DNA of 64,000 nucleotides from Candidatus Poribacteria bacterium (GTDB lineage: Bacteria; Poribacteria; WGA-4E; JAJDTR01): positions 3,808,001 to 3,872,000 of the forward strand of contig CBDCTK010000002.1 of NCBI GenBank assembly GCA_965222225.1. The letters run 5' to 3'. The notes beneath the pieces were generated by a model. It did no database searches and was not told where the DNA came from. It saw only the letters and a program-made list of their open reading frames with translations. Position 1 is the stretch's first letter, and every line of letters begins with the position of its first letter. This document shows, piece by piece, positions 30,379-40,221 of the stretch. Both the position numbers and the translations under genes were made by a program.

Positions 30379-31845
30379 ATGCCAAAAAGACCGAACGTAC
30401 TTCTTATTATCACCGATCAGCAGCGTTACGACACGCTCCACTGCGGCGGACAGGAGGCTATCGAAACGCCGCATATCGATTGGCTTGCCCAGCGCGGAGT
30501 CCGCTTCACGCGAGCGTTTTGCGCCACGCCAATCTGTTCGCCCGCCAGAGCGTCACTCCTGTCGGGGATGTATCCACATCAGCACGGAATGGTAGCAAAT
30601 CATCAGCCTCGACCGGGATGCGATCAGATGCACCTCAGCCCGGATGTCAAGCTAATCGCCGATTATCTGAAACCGGAGGGCTATACCTGCGGCTATACCG
30701 GAAAATGGCACCTCGGCACCGGCAGCGACCGGCGGGGTTTTGGCGACTATGTAGCCCGCCACTTCGATTTCGATACGGATACCCCGGAAGAAAACGAGGC
30801 GATAACCCACGCACGCGCTATCGGGATTGAACTTCCCGGCAGGCGGCAGGGCACCGAGGCGAATCCGGCGACGTTTAACGAAAGGACGCGGGTCGGTCCT
30901 AGCCTGATGCCCCTTGCGGATCACGCGGCGACGCTCATGTGTAATCGCGCCATGACATTCATTCAGGGGCAACAGCACAGCGACGATCCGTTCATGCTCG
31001 TCTACAGCACGCACGAGCCGCACTCGCCATTTGTCTCGCCGCGACCGTTTGACACGATGTACCAGCCCGAGGACATGCCGCTGCCGCCGACCTTTACCGA
31101 CGTTTCATTCCATCCGCACACCAAACGGCGCCAGGACAATCAACTCAAGAAGATAAACGAAATGGGTCTCACCGAGTCGGAGATGCGGGAGATTGTGGCT
31201 GCCTATTTTGGACAGGTGAGTTTCTGCGATCACCTCGTAGGGCGATTGGTTGCCGCTCTCATAGACACCGGACAACTTGATGATACCCTCGTCATCTTTA
31301 CCTCTGATCACGGCGAGATGATGGGCAGGCACAATATGCTGTTGAAGGGAGCGGCGGTGTTTGAGGACTTGGTGCGAATACCGCTGCTCGTCGTGCCGCC
31401 CGGCGGGCTCGATTCGGAGGGCGTAGACCCGGGACTTGTTTCGCACATCGATCTGATGCCCACGATTTTCGACTGGTGCGGCGCGAAAACTCCGACCGGC
31501 TTGGACGGGATGTCGCTGCGCCCGCAAATTGAGGGTTCTCCCGACACGAGAAAGCTTGACCGAGCACGCGCGGGCGTGGTCACCGAGTTTCATTCCTGCA
31601 ACTGGACAAATCCGATTGGACCGTTACGTATGTGGCGCACCGAGGAGTGGAAATATGTCGAGTCGTATCACGGCGATCACGAGCTTTATCACCTCGCCGA
31701 CGACCCGCATGAGTGCCGCAATCTGATTGACGATCCCGCGGCATCCGACGTGCTGGCATCGCTGAGGGATGGCTTGCGCGACTGGTGCGAGCGCACCGGG
31801 GATACCTGGCCCGATGTCGTCATCCCGCCGGAAAAGCCGAAGTAG
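30379..31845 (+). CDS. Sulfatase (Cys-type, S1)
   Basis: PNVLLIITDQQR, CSPARASLLSG, GKWHLG, PHSP, TSDHGE. Confidence 0.93.
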   Translation: MPKRPNVLLIITDQQRYDTLHCGGQEAIETPHIDWLAQRGVRFTRAFCATPICSPARASLLSGMYPHQHGMVANHQPRPGCDQMHLSPDVKLIADYLKPEGYTCGYTGKWHLGTGSDRRGFGDYVARHFDFDTDTPEENEAITHARAIGIELPGRRQGTEANPATFNERTRVGPSLMPLADHAATLMCNRAMTFIQGQQHSDDPFMLVYSTHEPHSPFVSPRPFDTMYQPEDMPLPPTFTDVSFHPHTKRRQDNQLKKINEMGLTESEMREIVAAYFGQVSFCDHLVGRLVAALIDTGQLDDTLVIFTSDHGEMMGRHNMLLKGAAVFEDLVRIPLLVVPPGGLDSEGVDPGLVSHIDLMPTIFDWCGAKTPTGLDGMSLRPQIEGSPDTRKLDRARAGVVTEFHSCNWTNPIGPLRMWRTEEWKYVESYHGDHELYHLADDPHECRNLIDDPAASDVLASLRDGLRDWCERTGDTWPDVVIPPEKPK

Positions 31846-31912
31846 GTTGCGGTTCACGGAATGGTAGGCGGTGCCCACCCTACTACACATGAAGTCGAAA
31901 AGGGGAAGATTC

Positions 31913-32764
31913 ATGCCCATCACCGCTAAAGAGAAACGCGAGCAACTCATTCGCGAAGGCTTCTGCATCTTCGAGAACGTGTTGGGGCCGGAGATGTTGA
32001 CGAAGCTAAACGCAATGAGCGAATGGACTATCGCGCAGGAGGATCCGGGTCACTTCGATCAGTACCGTGCGCAGGGATGTATCATTCCCTACTGGCGGTA
32101 TCCCCACCCCGCTTTTGCCGAGCCAATCGTTTATCCGCGCGCGATTGAGGTTTTCGCCGAACTCGGATTCGACCATCCCACGGTCTGGAGCGGATTTGTG
32201 ATTAGCAAACCGCCGCACGCGCCGCCACTGTTCTGGCATCAAGACGGCGTGCTGTGGGAACACCCCATCAGTTACACCGTTCAGCCGCAGCAATATTTTA
32301 TGATGTATTACTTGGTTGACACGAACCGTCATAACGGGTGTTTGCGCCTGGTACCCGGCTCCCACCTCAAACGTCACGCGCTACACGACCTGCTTCCGAG
32401 GGATGACGACGGCGTCAAAAGCGCGGCTAACCTGGAGCACGCCGCCTTCCGGTACACCGAAGGCGAAGTCGATGTGCCCGTCAAGGCAGGCGATGTCGTC
32501 ATCGGCGACTCGCGTCTGATGCACTCCGCCCACGCCAATCAAAGCGACCAACGGCGCACGGTGCTCACTATCTGGTATTGGCCCTGCTACGACGAGTTGC
32601 CGGAGGATGTCAGGAAGTTGATTGCCTCGCACGTCACGCAAAGCACCGATTGGTGTCGTTGGGTCGAGCAGACGCGGGATGTCACGGCGCCATTTATACC
32701 AGTTTACAACGGGGACGCCGAGCCGCCGCCGTGGAACAATTCGCCAAGCGAAAACCTACGATAA
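31913..32764 (+). CDS. Phytanoyl-CoA dioxygenase (PhyH) family 2OG-Fe(II) oxygenase
   Basis: WHQD, NGCLRLVPGSH, MHSAHAN..R. Confidence 0.9.
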   Translation: MPITAKEKREQLIREGFCIFENVLGPEMLTKLNAMSEWTIAQEDPGHFDQYRAQGCIIPYWRYPHPAFAEPIVYPRAIEVFAELGFDHPTVWSGFVISKPPHAPPLFWHQDGVLWEHPISYTVQPQQYFMMYYLVDTNRHNGCLRLVPGSHLKRHALHDLLPRDDDGVKSAANLEHAAFRYTEGEVDVPVKAGDVVIGDSRLMHSAHANQSDQRRTVLTIWYWPCYDELPEDVRKLIASHVTQSTDWCRWVEQTRDVTAPFIPVYNGDAEPPPWNNSPSENLR

Positions 32765-32817
32765 CGACATTGAAGGGACTAGGAAGAATAGAGATTGACC
32801 GAGAGGACAACGAGGGA

Positions 32818-32898
32818 GATAGAGATCCCAAGAATCCGGCGGACGTGAATGGGGTTGTCAATGTATTTGATTTAGTGTTTGTGGCAAATCGATTCTGA
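32818..32898 (+). pseudogene. Orphan dockerin-like C-terminal fragment
   Basis: 'PADVNGVVNVFDLVFVANRF*' resembles a dockerin repeat (DVNGDG.VN..DL) missing residues; no plausible upstream gene. Confidence 0.5.
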
Positions 32899-32943
32899 TC
32901 ATGGCAGTGGACAGTAGAAACCGAATTTGAACGGAGATTATGT

Positions 32944-33732
32944 ATGGCGAACTATATTTCGAAGGTGAAATGGCAACATTACCGCGAGGAGGGGTATGCC
33001 CGAATTGGTCGGGTGGCAACTGATGAGGAACTTTCAGCGCTCCAAAGCCGAATTGATGATATCATGCTCGGCAAAGCGCCGTTGGACTATGACCGGCTGA
33101 TGATGCAACTCGACCGTGAACCGGGCACGGAGGGGCCGGGACCTCAAACTAACGGTCACAAAGGGGCGACGCTGTCGTATCGAAAGATTCAGTCGCTTGA
33201 GTTCGATCCGCTTTTCCTTTCATACTTGCAGAAACCGGTTTTCCGCGAGGCGTGCGCGAAGGTGTACGGCGACGAAACTCGCATCACCTGCTATCGAGCG
33301 ATGTTTATGAACAAACCGGCGCGTGAAGGCACTCAGCTGAACTGGCATCAAGACCGATGGTCGCATCTTGACCGGGAGCCGTTACTTACCATCTATACGG
33401 CGCTTGACCCGGCGACGGCGGAGAACGGTTGTGTCCGGATTATTCCGAACTCTCATCGTAACCTTGTCCCCCTGACTCGACCTGACGAACGCCGCGCCCA
33501 GGTGGAGAGGATTGTAGCGGAGTCCGAGTCGATTCCGCTTGAGTTGGAAGTGGGCGATGTCGTGCTGCTGCACAATTGGATGTTTCACAGCTCCGGGGTG
33601 AATTCTAGCGATGTGCCGCGCCGAGCGTTTAGCGTGTGCTACATGCCCGCGGAAACGAAGTCTAGCGAAGGGCTAACGTATTCGCGAATTTTTGGAGATG
33701 GGGCGTTGTCGGTTAGCCAATTAACCGGATGA
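32944..33732 (+). CDS. PhyH family dioxygenase
   Basis: WHQD, ENGCVRIIPNSH, HSSGVN...RRAFS. Confidence 0.9.
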   Translation: MANYISKVKWQHYREEGYARIGRVATDEELSALQSRIDDIMLGKAPLDYDRLMMQLDREPGTEGPGPQTNGHKGATLSYRKIQSLEFDPLFLSYLQKPVFREACAKVYGDETRITCYRAMFMNKPAREGTQLNWHQDRWSHLDREPLLTIYTALDPATAENGCVRIIPNSHRNLVPLTRPDERRAQVERIVAESESIPLELEVGDVVLLHNWMFHSSGVNSSDVPRRAFSVCYMPAETKSSEGLTYSRIFGDGALSVSQLTG

Positions 33733-33951
33733 AAGTGGCTAAGAGTACGCTCCGAGAGCCTGCTTTTGTGATGGGCGGCGAAGCGATTTTTGGTGATTTG
33801 AGAGGAAGAGGCGCCGCAGTTTGACAATAATGCAAGGCCTGAGGTGAGTTAAATCGGACAGATTAACAATAGAAATTCCGGAGAGAAACACCAAAACAAC
33901 GTGTGTTTAACGTGTGTTTATAGTAAAATCAATAGTTATTTATTCACTGAG

Positions 33952-34020
33952 GTAGGTTCGGTTTCCTAACCGAACCGGTATTTATCCAGTGTCGCAGGTG
34001 CGGTTGGAAACCGCACCTAC
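33952..34020. repeat. REPIN (GTAGGTTCGGTTTCCTAACCG ... GGTGCGGTTGGAAACCGCACCTAC)
   Basis: Two inverted GTAG-ended hairpins. Confidence 0.75.
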
Positions 34021-34057
34021 CGAAATATGTGTAAATGTGAATAGAGTTGGCCATACA

Positions 34058-34687
34058 ATGTCCCAATCCATCAATATAGAATTCATATGCGACCAACTGC
34101 GCCTGAAGGACCAGAAACTCGCCGAGGTCATTGATATCGTTGGTGCGTGCACCCTAGCTCCCGGGTGCGCCGCCTTCAATTTCTTGTGCGATGCCATTAT
34201 CCGTCAGCAACTCTCAAAACATGCCGCCAACACGATAATTCATCGCTTTCATGAACTTTTTGACTGCGGAAATCCCACGCCAAAGCAACTCCTGGCTCTA
34301 CCAAAGCAGGAAATACTTGATGCGGGCATATCGAATCGGAAGTGCGGATACCTAATGGATTTGGCGCACAAAACCGAAACGCAACAGCTAAACTTCTCGA
34401 CACTCGAGGAAAAGAATGATTGTACTATTCGACGCCTCCTCAAGGAGGTGAAAGGTATAGGCGATTGGACTGTTGACATGTATTTGCTTTTCGGTCTTGG
34501 CAGGATTGACGTGTTTCCCGTGAACGATCTCGCGCTGCGGAAATCAATGTCCTCTCTTTACGGTTTGACCGTCAAAGACCTCGAAGGTGCTAAGAAAGTA
34601 GCACAGAAATGGAAACCATACCGCAGTATTGCTAGCCTGTACATGTACAAGCATGGAGATTTGCAAACCCAAGAAACCCGCACTTGA
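34058..34687 (+). CDS. alkA: DNA-3-methyladenine glycosylase II (HhH-GPD superfamily)
   Basis: AIIRQQLS, VKGIGDWTVDMYLLFGLGRIDVFPVNDL, WKPYRS. Confidence 0.85.
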   Translation: MSQSINIEFICDQLRLKDQKLAEVIDIVGACTLAPGCAAFNFLCDAIIRQQLSKHAANTIIHRFHELFDCGNPTPKQLLALPKQEILDAGISNRKCGYLMDLAHKTETQQLNFSTLEEKNDCTIRRLLKEVKGIGDWTVDMYLLFGLGRIDVFPVNDLALRKSMSSLYGLTVKDLEGAKKVAQKWKPYRSIASLYMYKHGDLQTQETRT

Positions 34688-34782
34688 ATGTTAGCGGTTT
34701 CGTATGGATTTCCGTTCAACCTAACCTACATAACTGGGGTATAGCCGCGCTAACGGCTTTGCTACAGAGGTTCGTCATAGAA

Positions 34783-34808
34783 GTAGGGAACGCAGATCTG
34801 CGTTCCCT
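34783..34808 (+). repeat. REP family C (GTAGGGAACGCAGATCTGCGTTCCC)
   Basis: Palindrome; second copy at about 58380-58404. Confidence 0.75.
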
Positions 34809-34835
34809 GAACTCGTATGCGCCCACGAGCGGCTC

Positions 34836-35705
34836 TCATCGAGAATGCTTTATCCGTCCCCACGTTGTAGCGAGTTTGTCAATAGACTCCACTGCGGTGG
34901 TGCCGCCTACCGTTTGGGCCATGTCGGCGTTGATCTCGTCCGCGCTGAGCCACCGATCCCACATCTTGAAATTGACCGCCGAACAGTTGCACGCTTGAAC
35001 CTGTTCTCCTGCACTATTGGCAAATAACGCGTGCAGGTTCATCGGGCGTTCGGGGTCAAAGGTTACCTCGGACGGCACTTCACCTGTCATCTCGCCATCA
35101 AGATAAAACGTCACCACAATCCCGCTTTCAAAGGCGACGTGCATGAAACGCCAACGGCCTTGACCGAGATCCAAACCGGTATCCGCGATGGACTCGTGAT
35201 CTTCCCGCACGCCGATGACGGGCTGCATGATATTCACATTGTCAATCCATCCCCAATCGCCCTCGTCAAAGGGAAGCATCACGCGCATGGTCTGGTTCTC
35301 TTCCGGGGCATTGGAATGGATGCCGTACATGTGATGTTCCTCCGCCTCGCCGGGAAACCGGCTGCCGTTGATTCTCACCAACGAGGTCCACGTCCAATTC
35401 TCAAGGAAAACCACGGGAGCCTCGTCAAGGGGTTCATCGTTGGCGAAAACCGCGTGGGAATCGGGCACTGTGTAATATTTCGTGAAGAAGGACATGCCGG
35501 CAACCTCCACCGTGCCCTCTTCAAGTTTGGGATGGTCGTCGGTTTGCGGCACTGCGCCGCCAGCGGAACCGCTGTTTGCCCACGTCTCGGCATCGTCATC
35601 CTGTGTGTTGGCGTCAAAAAACAGTACGGGCGGTTGCGCGAGCGCCATCGGGCACGCCAGTACAACGATGAAGAGTAGGCTCAATGTTCATCTTGTGTGT
35701 GTCAT
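34836..35705 (-). CDS. Secreted LamG/ConA-like protein with C-terminal AVESIDKLATTWGRIK; nonsense codon at codon 6
   Basis: ATG at 35705 after AGGAGG reads MTHTR*TLSLL...; open from TTG at 35684; FYLDG and WDRWLSADEI are LamG-like. Confidence 0.7.
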
Positions 35706-35825
35706 GGTAAACCTCCTTTTATCCTTTCACTTTTTTCGTGTTGAGGGTTGGAATTAGCAGTAAGAGAAATGAGGAAATTGGAGGTTTGACGTTCACAAAT
35801 CCTACGCTAGTGCTTGTCGCTTTAG

Positions 35826-35989
35826 CTCGACTTTGTACAAACGTACAGCGGTTGGGTTGTACGGAAAGCCATACAACACCAAACCCGTAGGCGGGGCATC
35901 TTGCCCCGCCATGCAACACCGAAATTCGAGTGACACCCAACACATTATCTGCATGATACTGGAAACCGCTACCGACTTTTTCAGTCGAG
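35826..35989. mobile_element. MITE with CTCGACT... termini (degenerate copy)
   Basis: Left end CTCGACTTTGTACA, right end AGTCGAG, flanked by TTTAG on both sides. Confidence 0.55.
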
Positions 35990-35993
35990 TTTA

Positions 35994-36177
35994 GAACCTG
36001 TTTGGAAAGTACATTTGCAGGGCGCGCACTGCGATCAACTGACTGGATAAGAAAGGCGATAGCTAATCCCGTGCGATAGAAGTCCCGATAGGTGTATAGC
36101 AGGCGACCACAAAAGCATGAAAAAGCCGCGCCCAAAGTGACTGAAATTGCTTTGCCACCTATTATTCAAACAGGCTC
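35994..36177. mobile_element. IS5/IS1031-like MITE, copy 1
   Basis: GAACCTGTTTGGA...TTCAAACAGGCTC, TTA target duplication. Confidence 0.8.
36033..36086 (+). repeat. 37-nt micro-element plus extra 3' half, inside the MITE
   Basis: GATCAA CT GA CT GGATA AG AA AG GCGATAG CTA ATCCC GT GCGATAG AA GTCCC. Confidence 0.8.
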
Positions 36178-36224
36178 TTAAGGTTTTTGCTAGTCACTAA
36201 ACACTTTCTCCAATTCTTAATGCA

Positions 36225-36683
36225 CTACCTCAATTCGTCGATGCCCAAAACCCAGTTGTTCCATTTGCGATCCGGGAAACCGCCTAGGGATCGGTAGAAT
36301 TCCTCGGCAGCGATGTTCCCGGTCATGACAGTCCAAATCAGTTCAGCCGCACCAATGGACTTGGCATGCGAAATCACTGCCGCCATCAAGGCCTTTCCCG
36401 CTCCCATATGTCGTGCTGCCTCAACAACAAACAGTTCTTTGAGCACGAGCTTTGGTCGAAGGGTGTAGGTCCAAAGAATCGGATATGTGACAGCCATCCC
36501 GACGAGATCATCGTCTTGTTCAGCAACAAATGCGGTGAATAAACGCGCATCGCCAAAACCATGCCGAAGGATGCTCTCCCGTGTCACGGCAAACTCGTTG
36601 ATATAGTCCTCAAACCTCGCAAGCTCCTGCATGAGTTCGAGCAAACGATCAGCGTCTTGCTGATTAGCCAATCTAACGCGCAT
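36225..36683 (-). CDS. GNAT family N-acetyltransferase (SSAT-like)
   Basis: ELARFE, ELFV...RHMGAGKALM, N..A..FYRSLG. Confidence 0.88.
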   Translation of the reverse strand: MRVRLANQQDADRLLELMQELARFEDYINEFAVTRESILRHGFGDARLFTAFVAEQDDDLVGMAVTYPILWTYTLRPKLVLKELFVVEAARHMGAGKALMAAVISHAKSIGAAELIWTVMTGNIAAEEFYRSLGGFPDRKWNNWVLGIDELR

Positions 36684-36905
36684 TTAGTGGTACCGGTCCT
36701 TGAGGAAATCGTTGAGGTAGCCCAACCCTCCATGCGACATCCACGGAATGGGCGATTTGGCAAGTGCCGGAGCCGCGTATTCCAACACAGAGCGCATATT
36801 GATGTCTTCACGACCTTCGGCAGCAATAAAGTAAATCTTCAGACTGATGCCGTCGAAGTGGGCCAGGCCGTGCGATTTGTATTGTCTTTTCTTGTATTGC
36901 CCCAT
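36684..36905 (-). CDS. Short hypothetical protein, possibly truncated
   Basis: GGAG RBS upstream; stop abuts the GNAT ATG. Confidence 0.4.
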   Translation of the reverse strand: MGQYKKRQYKSHGLAHFDGISLKIYFIAAEGREDINMRSVLEYAAPALAKSPIPWMSHGGLGYLNDFLKDRYH

Positions 36906-37280
36906 ACGTCGGTTTCTCCCAATTACTATCTAATTCGGATTTTACGATAGGCGTCTGACCAGCCCACATCTTATAATCCCGATTCAAAGAGACGAATTCA
37001 AACCGAGACGATACCACCCCTTATGTTGACTACTTGGGTAATCCGCTGTATCCTGTGTCATAAGGACAGACCTTTATTGCTGCTCGGTCTTGTTCACCGA
37101 ACGATGATTGTGTGCGCCACGGCTTTGTGTCAGGGCGTTCTCGTTTGTAGCGGATTAAAATAATCCATTGCACTACGGACTGTCAAGGTTCAGGAAAAAA
37201 AGATACTATAGTCATTGCAACTAAGAATTACACATGTGTTTATTAACATACCCAAATTCCCACCCATTCCCGTAGGTCGG

Positions 37281-37317
37281 GATCAACCGAACGAATAGTG
37301 AGGGCGATAGAGATCCC
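37281..37317 (+). repeat. 37-nt micro-element in REP GTAGGTCGG..CCCGACC
   Basis: GATCAA CC GA AC GAATA GT GA GG GCGATAG AG ATCCC. Confidence 0.88.
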
Positions 37318-37411
37318 TTCCAGCCCGACCCGCTCAATGGGAAACGTCGCAAACCGGGAGATTGTGAGCTAAGTCGAGTCAATCAATGCTCATATGTGTA
37401 AATATAAATGA

Positions 37412-37654
37412 CTATAACTGCGTAATAATTCGATAAGAAGGACTTGCCGGCAACGTCAACGGTTCCCTCTTCGAGCTTGGGCGCCTCCTCGGTTTGAGGC
37501 ACCGCGCTGCCAGCGGAACGGCGTTTACCCGCGCCTTATCCTCGCGTACCTGTGTGTTGGCGTCATAGAACAACAAGGACAGTTGAGCGAGCGTCATCGG
37601 TCATGCCAATACAACGATGAAGAATAGGCTCAATGTTAACCTTGTGTGTGTCAT
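37412..37654 (-). pseudogene. Degenerate 5' duplicate of the LamG-like gene
   Basis: MTHTRLTLSLFFIVVLA*PMTLAQ..FYDANTQ, then frameshift; ~120 bp upstream also duplicated. Confidence 0.8.
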
Positions 37655-37822
37655 GGTAACACTCTTTTTATCTTTTCAATTATTTCGTGTTGTGGGTTGG
37701 AATTAGCAGTAAGAGAAAAGAGGGGATTGGAGGTTTGACGTTCAAACATCCTCTGCTAGTGGTTATTGCTTTGAAGTACGGAACAACAGTCGCGGAAGCT
37801 CCTACAGAGAAATGGTGGGGCG

Positions 37823-37905
37823 GGGACCTCTATCGCAAGGGATTTGCTATGGGATCTCTATCGCATTCGCTAATCGCTCATTTGATCCTATCCGGTCGCT
37901 TGATC
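37823..37905 (-). repeat. Nested micro-elements
   Basis: Complete inner unit at 37851-37887 inside split outer unit(s). Confidence 0.85.
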
Positions 37906-37944
37906 CCAGTCTACAGACTGTCATTGTATCACAATCTGCGACTG

Positions 37945-38934
37945 TTATAGTAGTCCGGCGGCGCGGAGCACCGTCTCCTGCACGGTAAATTCGTGGTCTA
38001 GCGAGCGGTCGGGAGACTTCTCGCCGCGGATGTCCGCCACAAGCGCCTTGAGATCGCCGATATGAGACGGTCGTTTCTCAATCTCTACCCGCTGCCAACC
38101 TTCGGCATAGCCATCCCGATCTTCATCAAGACACAGCCGAAGCGCCGGCGGATCTACCGGTTCGAGTATCGCGCTGCCGCGCGTCCCGTAAACCTCCAAT
38201 CGCCTTGATTCACCCGACGATACCTCTGCCGCTGCGGACTCGATGGTCGCCATTGCGTCCGGATATTCAAAGACGGCGGCGGTGTTATCTTGTGCCCAGG
38301 GGAAGGTACTGTCCAGGTTCTGCGAGAAAGATGTCACGCGCTCGGGTCGCCCCAGCAGCGCGACGATAATGTCGATAAGATGGGGGGCGAGAATGAACAT
38401 GATACCGCCCTCGCGTTCGCCGCGGGAATCCCACCGCGCCCACAGGGATTCATCGGAGCGGCGCGTCGAGATGCGTCCGCGAACGGAGAATAGCTTTCCC
38501 AGTCTCCCGGAACTTGCCCAATCAAGGACGAACTGGAATCCTGCGTTATAGCGGAACATATAGCCGAGTTGGACACACAGCCCCTTCTCGCGTGCAATGT
38601 CCAATATCGACCGGAACGCCTCCAAATCGTCGCCTGCCGGCTTGTCGAGCCAGACGTGCTTTCCATGTTCAACCGCTGCCCGCGCAAACTCGAGGTTTTC
38701 GGACACCCGTCCCTGCGCCGCGACTCCCACAATGCTCTCGTCGTCCAGTATCTCCGCCGCGGACGACAACCAGTGAACGCCCTCAAACGCGTCGTTGGTG
38801 CCGAGTGTTTCGCGAGATTGCGCGGACGGTTCATAAATGCCTACGAAGTCGACATCCTCGCTTGTCTTCAGCGTCCGCGCCTTGCTGGGGGCGTGGTCAT
38901 GCGAAATGCCGAATTGTGCAAACCTGAGTCTCAT
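37945..38934 (-). CDS. Gfo/Idh/MocA oxidoreductase, paralog 1
   Basis: GKHVWLDKP, QLGYMFRY, GGIMF..PHLID, VYGTRG. Confidence 0.9.
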   Translation of the reverse strand: MRLRFAQFGISHDHAPSKARTLKTSEDVDFVGIYEPSAQSRETLGTNDAFEGVHWLSSAAEILDDESIVGVAAQGRVSENLEFARAAVEHGKHVWLDKPAGDDLEAFRSILDIAREKGLCVQLGYMFRYNAGFQFVLDWASSGRLGKLFSVRGRISTRRSDESLWARWDSRGEREGGIMFILAPHLIDIIVALLGRPERVTSFSQNLDSTFPWAQDNTAAVFEYPDAMATIESAAAEVSSGESRRLEVYGTRGSAILEPVDPPALRLCLDEDRDGYAEGWQRVEIEKRPSHIGDLKALVADIRGEKSPDRSLDHEFTVQETVLRAAGLL

Positions 38935-39101
38935 TCTGCCTTGCCTCCATAAAATTTGAGTTTAGTGACGGACAGTGGCTTAATTTTAAAAGATAATAGA
39001 ACTTGCACAGTAACAGGAGGTCGCTCCTACAAGTATTGTAGCGTCGAAACAGCGAATAAGCTGCCCTACGGCAATCTCTTAGGTGTTCAATCACGCAAGT
39101 C

Positions 39102-39930
39102 CTATAGCAGCCCGACTGCGCGGAGCACCGTCTCCTGCACGGTAAATTCGTGGTCTAGCGAACGATCGGGGGACTTCTCGCCGCGGATATCCGCCACAAG
39201 CGCCCGGAGACTCTCGACATAACGCGGTCGATCCTCTACTTCCACCCGCTGCCACCCTACGGCATAACCATCCCGATCTTCGTCAAGGCACAGCCGCAGC
39301 GCCGGCGGTTCCAGCGGTTCGATTATCACGCTGCCGCGGGTTCCGTAGACCTCAAAGCGTCTCGATTCTTTCGTCGACACTTCCGACGCGGTAGACTCGA
39401 TGGTCACCAAGGCGTCAGCGTATTCGAAGACAGATGTGGTGTTGTCACGGTACCAAGGGACGACATGGTCCAAGTTCTGCGAGAAGAATTCCGCGCGTTC
39501 GGGCCGTCCCAGTATGGCGACGACAATGTCGATAAGGTGACACGCGAGGATGAACATAATGCCGCCCTCGCGCTCGCCGCGCGAATCCTTCAGTTTCCAT
39601 GATGCGGGATCCGAGCGGCTCGACGAGATGCGTCCGCGAATTGAAAATATATCGCCCAGTTTCCCGGAATTCGCCCAATCAATGAGGAATTGGAATCCCG
39701 CGTTGTAACGGAACATGTAACCGAGCTGGACGCACAGCCCTTTCTCGCGTGCAATGTCCAGAACCGCGCGGAACGCCTCCAGATCATCGCCCGCCGGTTT
39801 GTCAAGCCAGACGTGCTTTCCGCGCTCAAGCGCCGCCCGCGAAATCGACATCGTCGTTTGATTTCATCGCGATCGCCTTGCCGGTGGCGTGGCCGTGCGA
39901 GATGCCGTACTGTGCAAACCTCAATTTCAT
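39102..39930 (-). pseudogene. Gfo/Idh/MocA paralog 2 with a 161-bp frameshifting deletion
   Basis: 829 bp versus 990 bp for both neighbours; MKLRFAQYG...DVDFAG joins RAALERGKH out of frame. Confidence 0.88.
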
Positions 39931-40009
39931 TCAGGGTTGCCTCCATAAGATTTGAGTTTAGTCACGGAGATGGCTCAATGCTAAAAGATAATGGAACTCA
40001 CGCAGCAAT

Positions 40010-40204
40010 GTAGGTTGGGTTGAACGAATAAACACCAATCTCTATCTACGCCAAGAGGATGGCAGTCCTTAAATGGACACCCCATATGTGTAACGATAGA
40101 GTGAAACCCAACTCAATCTAACTACAACCAAATGTTGGGTTTCACTCCCAGAATCCAAATGTAATACTTGATATGTTTCATTTGCGTTGTTCAACCCAAC
40201 CTAC
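40010..40204. repeat. Family-A REPIN with expanded loops
   Basis: Two inverted REPs whose 3-nt loops are replaced by 75 and 43 nt. Confidence 0.8.
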
Positions 40205-40221
40205 GTCCAACTTGTGGTGGT

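Noticed and set aside
35688-35690. TGA in the LamG gene as selenocysteine
   Set aside because: Lies in a signal-peptide n-region; the paralog has Leu (TTA), not Cys.
37281-37317. Micro-element as a sequencing adapter or UMI artefact
   Set aside because: Confined to intergenic DNA, nested, variably decayed and covarying, all unlike adapters. Not fully excluded without reads.
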